Assembly (NCBI GenBank): GCA_008369845.1
Contig: MRSU01011470.1
Coordinates: 1-33,190 of the forward strand
DNA: 33,190 nt
From: Trichomonas gallinae
Lineage: Eukaryota
Direction of reading: 5' to 3'
Shown one piece after another: positions 29,916 to 33,190 of the stretch (its first letter is position 1; each line of letters opens with the position of its first letter). The notes beneath the pieces are model-generated. The model was given only the letters and a program-made list of their open reading frames with translations, ran no database searches and was not told where the DNA came from. A program made the translations under genes and the position numbers.

Positions 29916-30152
29916 TCAATAGTAATTGTTATTCAAAAAACGATTTTTTTCCAAATATAAACAAAGATTTTTACCAAAAATAGTATATTCATCTGAATCA
30001 GCATGACTTGAAATGAAAATATTCAATGAATAACGATATTCAAATTCTCTCAACTTTTGAAGCGTTAGTTTAACCTGTTGGATTTTAACCTCGGCATTGA
30101 GTGACCAACATTCCTGCAATGAATCTAGACCTTATGTATCTGTTTCATGCAT
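29916..30152 (-). pseudogene. Possible 5' remnant of a decayed gene
   Basis: In-frame ATG at 30152 reads MHETDT*GLDSLQECWSLNAEVKIQQVKLTLQKL..., with a single TAA at codon 7 and about 70 open codons after it. Family uncertain. Confidence 0.3.
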
Positions 30153-30610
30153 TTTTTTAAAAAATATTTATTATTCAAACAATAAAAATATCGAATATTA
30201 ATTTGCTCATCAAAGAATTAACAACAGTATCTAAATTACTAATCATGCCGAAAATCTAGTAGGTAGATACAGTATTTTAAATTTTGTTTTATTTGAAATC
30301 AAAGTTTTGAAACTTTATTTCCTATTCATTAATTAAAGAACACGCTATTGATTGACTATTGTTGCTCAAACATTCAACAATTTATTTTCAAAAAATATTT
30401 TGATATTTTACCTGCTAAACTCAATATTATTATATATTCCTCAAATATATGATAATTTAACTTTTTCTCCATTGAAAAAGCATTTTGATCAGCAAGCTCA
30501 TTAATTTACGCACAGAATCGACTATGACTCTTATATAATATAAAATACATAGAATTTACAGCATGGGTAACGCTTAGCTACTATGATATATTGATTGTAA
30601 TTTGCAATCG

Positions 30611-30808
30611 ATATTTCAATCAATGCAATTGCTTTAGAGATTAAATAAATATAAAATGGAGAATTATTTGGATTCAACCACAGATTCTTAGATATTCAGT
30701 TGAAGTATTATTTCAATTAATGAATTTGTTTTTGAGATTAAACAAATATAAAGCAGAACACAATATGAATTCAACCACGAACTCTTATGTATTCATTCAG
30801 TTTGAATT
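30611..30808 (+). repeat. Imperfect 97-bp tandem duplication
   Basis: TATTTCAAT at 30612/30709, GAGATTAAA at 30637/30734 and TTCAACCAC at 30673/30770, all at a constant 97-bp offset. Confidence 0.75.
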
Positions 30809-30927
30809 GAGTTTTAATCAATATTTTGTGACTGATATGTGATATATTTGTGGTGAAAATTGGATAAAATACATAAAAAGAATACGATAGGAAGAGTTAG
30901 GAAGATAAAAATCAACAATAAAAATTG

Positions 30928-30934
30928 TCACTTT
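30928..30934 (+). promoter_or_regulatory. Initiator (Inr) element
   Basis: TCACTTT ends 18 nt before the ATG at 30953. Confidence 0.55.
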
Positions 30935-30952
30935 TAGGACGTTTTTTCAAAA

Positions 30953-32854
30953 ATGTCTGAAGGCGACGAAGGAGAAATGAAGAACCAGTCTCCAAGCAAT
31001 GAGGACATCCAGGAACAACAGGAAGCTCAAGATAACCCTGTTGAAGAAGAAAAGCAAGAAAAATTGGAAAATGCGGAAGAAAATAAAAAGCAAATCGAAG
31101 AGGACATTTCAAACATCGATAAAATGATTGAAAATATGGGAGATAAGTTTGAAGAAAGCCCTGAGGAGGAAGACAACCGAGAAGAAGGCAAAATTCATAT
31201 TACGGAAGAAGATGCGGGACCAGAAATTCCACCAGAAGAATCGGAAGCACCTCCTGCCAAAGAAAATCCGCCTCCTGAACCAGAGAAAGAGTCAGAAACA
31301 GAACAGAAACAAGATGAAGGAATTAAAGAAGTTGTTATCGCCAGTTTAAACGGCTTAAACTTTGATAATCCTGATGGAGAGGAAAAGGAAACTACAGAAA
31401 CGAGTGAAAATACTGAAAATCAAGATAAGCTAAATCCAATGTCTGATCCTACATTAATGACTGCTGTCAGTGATTTGATGGTGCCGCCTGAAGATGATAC
31501 TACTCAGAGAGATCAGAATAATCCTGTAGAAGAAGAAAATAACGAAGAAAAAGCTGACGAAACTCCAGAAACTGAGCTAAATCCAGAAGAAGCAACTCCT
31601 GAATTAAATAAACCTACAGAAGAGGAAGAAAAGAAGGAAGAGAAAGATAACGAAAATGATAATACAGATGATGACCGACGAGATACAGATATGGATGATG
31701 AAGGATTCTCTGATGATGATCATAATGAAGAAAATAATGAAGATAAAGAAGAAAATGAAAATGCAGATAATAATAACGAAAATGAGGATAACAATGAAAA
31801 AGAAGACGATGGTCCAGTTATAGGCATGAAGGTTGTTGATAATTACTCTTCTCCTGAGGATATGATTCCAAATGTCGCAAAAACAATTGATTTAAGCGAA
31901 TTACCATTGTTGGAAACTCCAGCTGAAATTGAAACACAATGTAAAAAACAGGTTGCATATTTCCAACAAAAGAAATCACTTCCACAAAATACAGATATTC
32001 AAACATTGCTAAAATACTTACAACGTCAAAAAGTGAATAGTGTACAACAGAGCAAATACTTGGATGCTCACAATTATGAGGATCTCATTAAACAAATTAC
32101 AGCATATAATCAAACACAAAGAAAAACAGAGCAATACAGTCAGATTTCAGGTCAGTTAGAAGACAGAATACATGAACTCGAAAATGAACTAAAAAGAGCT
32201 GAAAAAGATCGAGATAAAGAAATTAAAAAGGCTACAATGGAGCACGAGAAGCATTTGCAGCGTCTCAAGCAGATACAGAACCAGGAGTTGAATAAATTCG
32301 AAGAAAAATGGAACGATGTCACATTTTTGCGCCAATTCGAGAAACCATCTCCAAAATTGCTCCAAATGACAACAGTTGAGCGCTCTCTCGTTGTCAGCGG
32401 CGACTACGAGCGCGCAGACTACATACACAACCAGGTGGAAGCCCTGCAAGTCGAAGAATCAGAGGAAGCCCAAAAAAGAGCCGTGAATGTCATGAACAAC
32501 GAACAGAAGAAAATTCTCGCGAAACACAAGCGAGAAGAGGAGACAATAGTTGAGCAGTTTAACGTCATCCTAGACAAGATCAATAAGACGTCGGACTTGG
32601 AGGCTTCCATTATAACAGACAGGCTAAACAGAGTCAAGAAAGACTACGAAGAATTGAAAAACGCAAAAACGTCCAAATTGCCGCCGCTTAAGAATAATGC
32701 GACTAAGGACCAGATAGTGACACCGCGCACGCAGTCTAGGATGGTTATTTGCAAGCAGACAATGAAGAATCCAAAGATCACTGTTAAACCTTTGGGATCT
32801 ATAATCAAAAAGAAGTCCAGGCAATCTTCAGCCTTGAACACATCAAAATTATAA
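30953..32854 (+). CDS. Hypothetical protein: acidic disordered N-half plus coiled-coil C-half with UVR-like motifs
   Basis: 633-aa ORF. The first ~290 aa are E/D/N-rich. Motifs VQQSKYLDAHNY and KPSPKLLQMTTVERSLVVSGDYERADYIH match the family of 9637..10809. Confidence 0.9.
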   Translation: MSEGDEGEMKNQSPSNEDIQEQQEAQDNPVEEEKQEKLENAEENKKQIEEDISNIDKMIENMGDKFEESPEEEDNREEGKIHITEEDAGPEIPPEESEAPPAKENPPPEPEKESETEQKQDEGIKEVVIASLNGLNFDNPDGEEKETTETSENTENQDKLNPMSDPTLMTAVSDLMVPPEDDTTQRDQNNPVEEENNEEKADETPETELNPEEATPELNKPTEEEEKKEEKDNENDNTDDDRRDTDMDDEGFSDDDHNEENNEDKEENENADNNNENEDNNEKEDDGPVIGMKVVDNYSSPEDMIPNVAKTIDLSELPLLETPAEIETQCKKQVAYFQQKKSLPQNTDIQTLLKYLQRQKVNSVQQSKYLDAHNYEDLIKQITAYNQTQRKTEQYSQISGQLEDRIHELENELKRAEKDRDKEIKKATMEHEKHLQRLKQIQNQELNKFEEKWNDVTFLRQFEKPSPKLLQMTTVERSLVVSGDYERADYIHNQVEALQVEESEEAQKRAVNVMNNEQKKILAKHKREEETIVEQFNVILDKINKTSDLEASIITDRLNRVKKDYEELKNAKTSKLPPLKNNATKDQIVTPRTQSRMVICKQTMKNPKITVKPLGSIIKKKSRQSSALNTSKL

Positions 32855-33190
32855 AATTATTTGTTTGGTATTATGAAAATAATAATATTTTTTATTAATC
32901 TTCGATATGAAGTTTCAAAAGTGAAGCATATCAATTGCAAGCGCTTAACAATTTTATATTTAATGTGTGCTCAATCATATTTTGAAATTCAAAAATAGAA
33001 AATTTTTATCTTGAAAGAAAAGGGTTTTATCTGTCAAATATGATTCATCTCAGGCAAAAAATGAAATACAAAAAGAAAAATTGGCTCCTATTGCTTATAA
33101 AAAATTATTTTAAAAGGTATGGAAACTTCGAAGGGCTCTAGGAAATTACCCTAAACTTTGCAGGTATTATATAGACACCTTAAAGATACT

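Noticed and set aside
3968..32841. Many 60-117-aa antisense or alternate-frame ORFs nested in long genes
   Set aside because: Typical shadows of coding sequence, mostly with non-ATG starts and no motifs.
1..33190. Spliceosomal introns, Maverick/mariner/Mutator elements, alternative genetic code
   Set aside because: I saw no ACTAACACACAG-type intron end, transposase, integrase, polB ORF or long TIRs. Intact genes end in TAA (most), TAG (12484) or TGA (26183), consistent with the standard code.

Overview
AT-rich eukaryotic DNA with compact, apparently intronless genes. It is almost certainly from a trichomonad parabasalid (Trichomonas vaginalis-like), judging by an IBP39-type initiator-binding-domain gene, TCA(C/T)TT initiator motifs just before several ATGs, and Trichomonas-style ankyrin and bromodomain families. 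The window holds the 3' end of Sec61-alpha, two divergent importin-beta-family HEAT proteins, a tRNA-Arg(ACG), a bromodomain+ET-like protein, a GT61-like glycosyltransferase, a GCN5 histone acetyltransferase, a coiled-coil/ankyrin protein, a C2-domain protein, an IBD protein and several lineage-type hypothetical proteins. Many spacers contain decayed ankyrin or DUF3447-type gene relics. The most unusual unexplained signal is non-coding: a recurrent TTACATG(T/A)CA 10-mer that occurs as pairs exactly 20 bp apart, including a 2.5-copy ~65-bp tandem array before the gene at 9637, together with TGACA-N7/8-TGTCA palindromes. Three proteins appear to have lost key functional residues (bromodomain Asn, GT61 His motifs, WRN-like exonuclease acidic residues). 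I found no intact transposon, CRISPR array or spliceosomal intron. All family assignments come from recognising motifs by eye, not from database searches.
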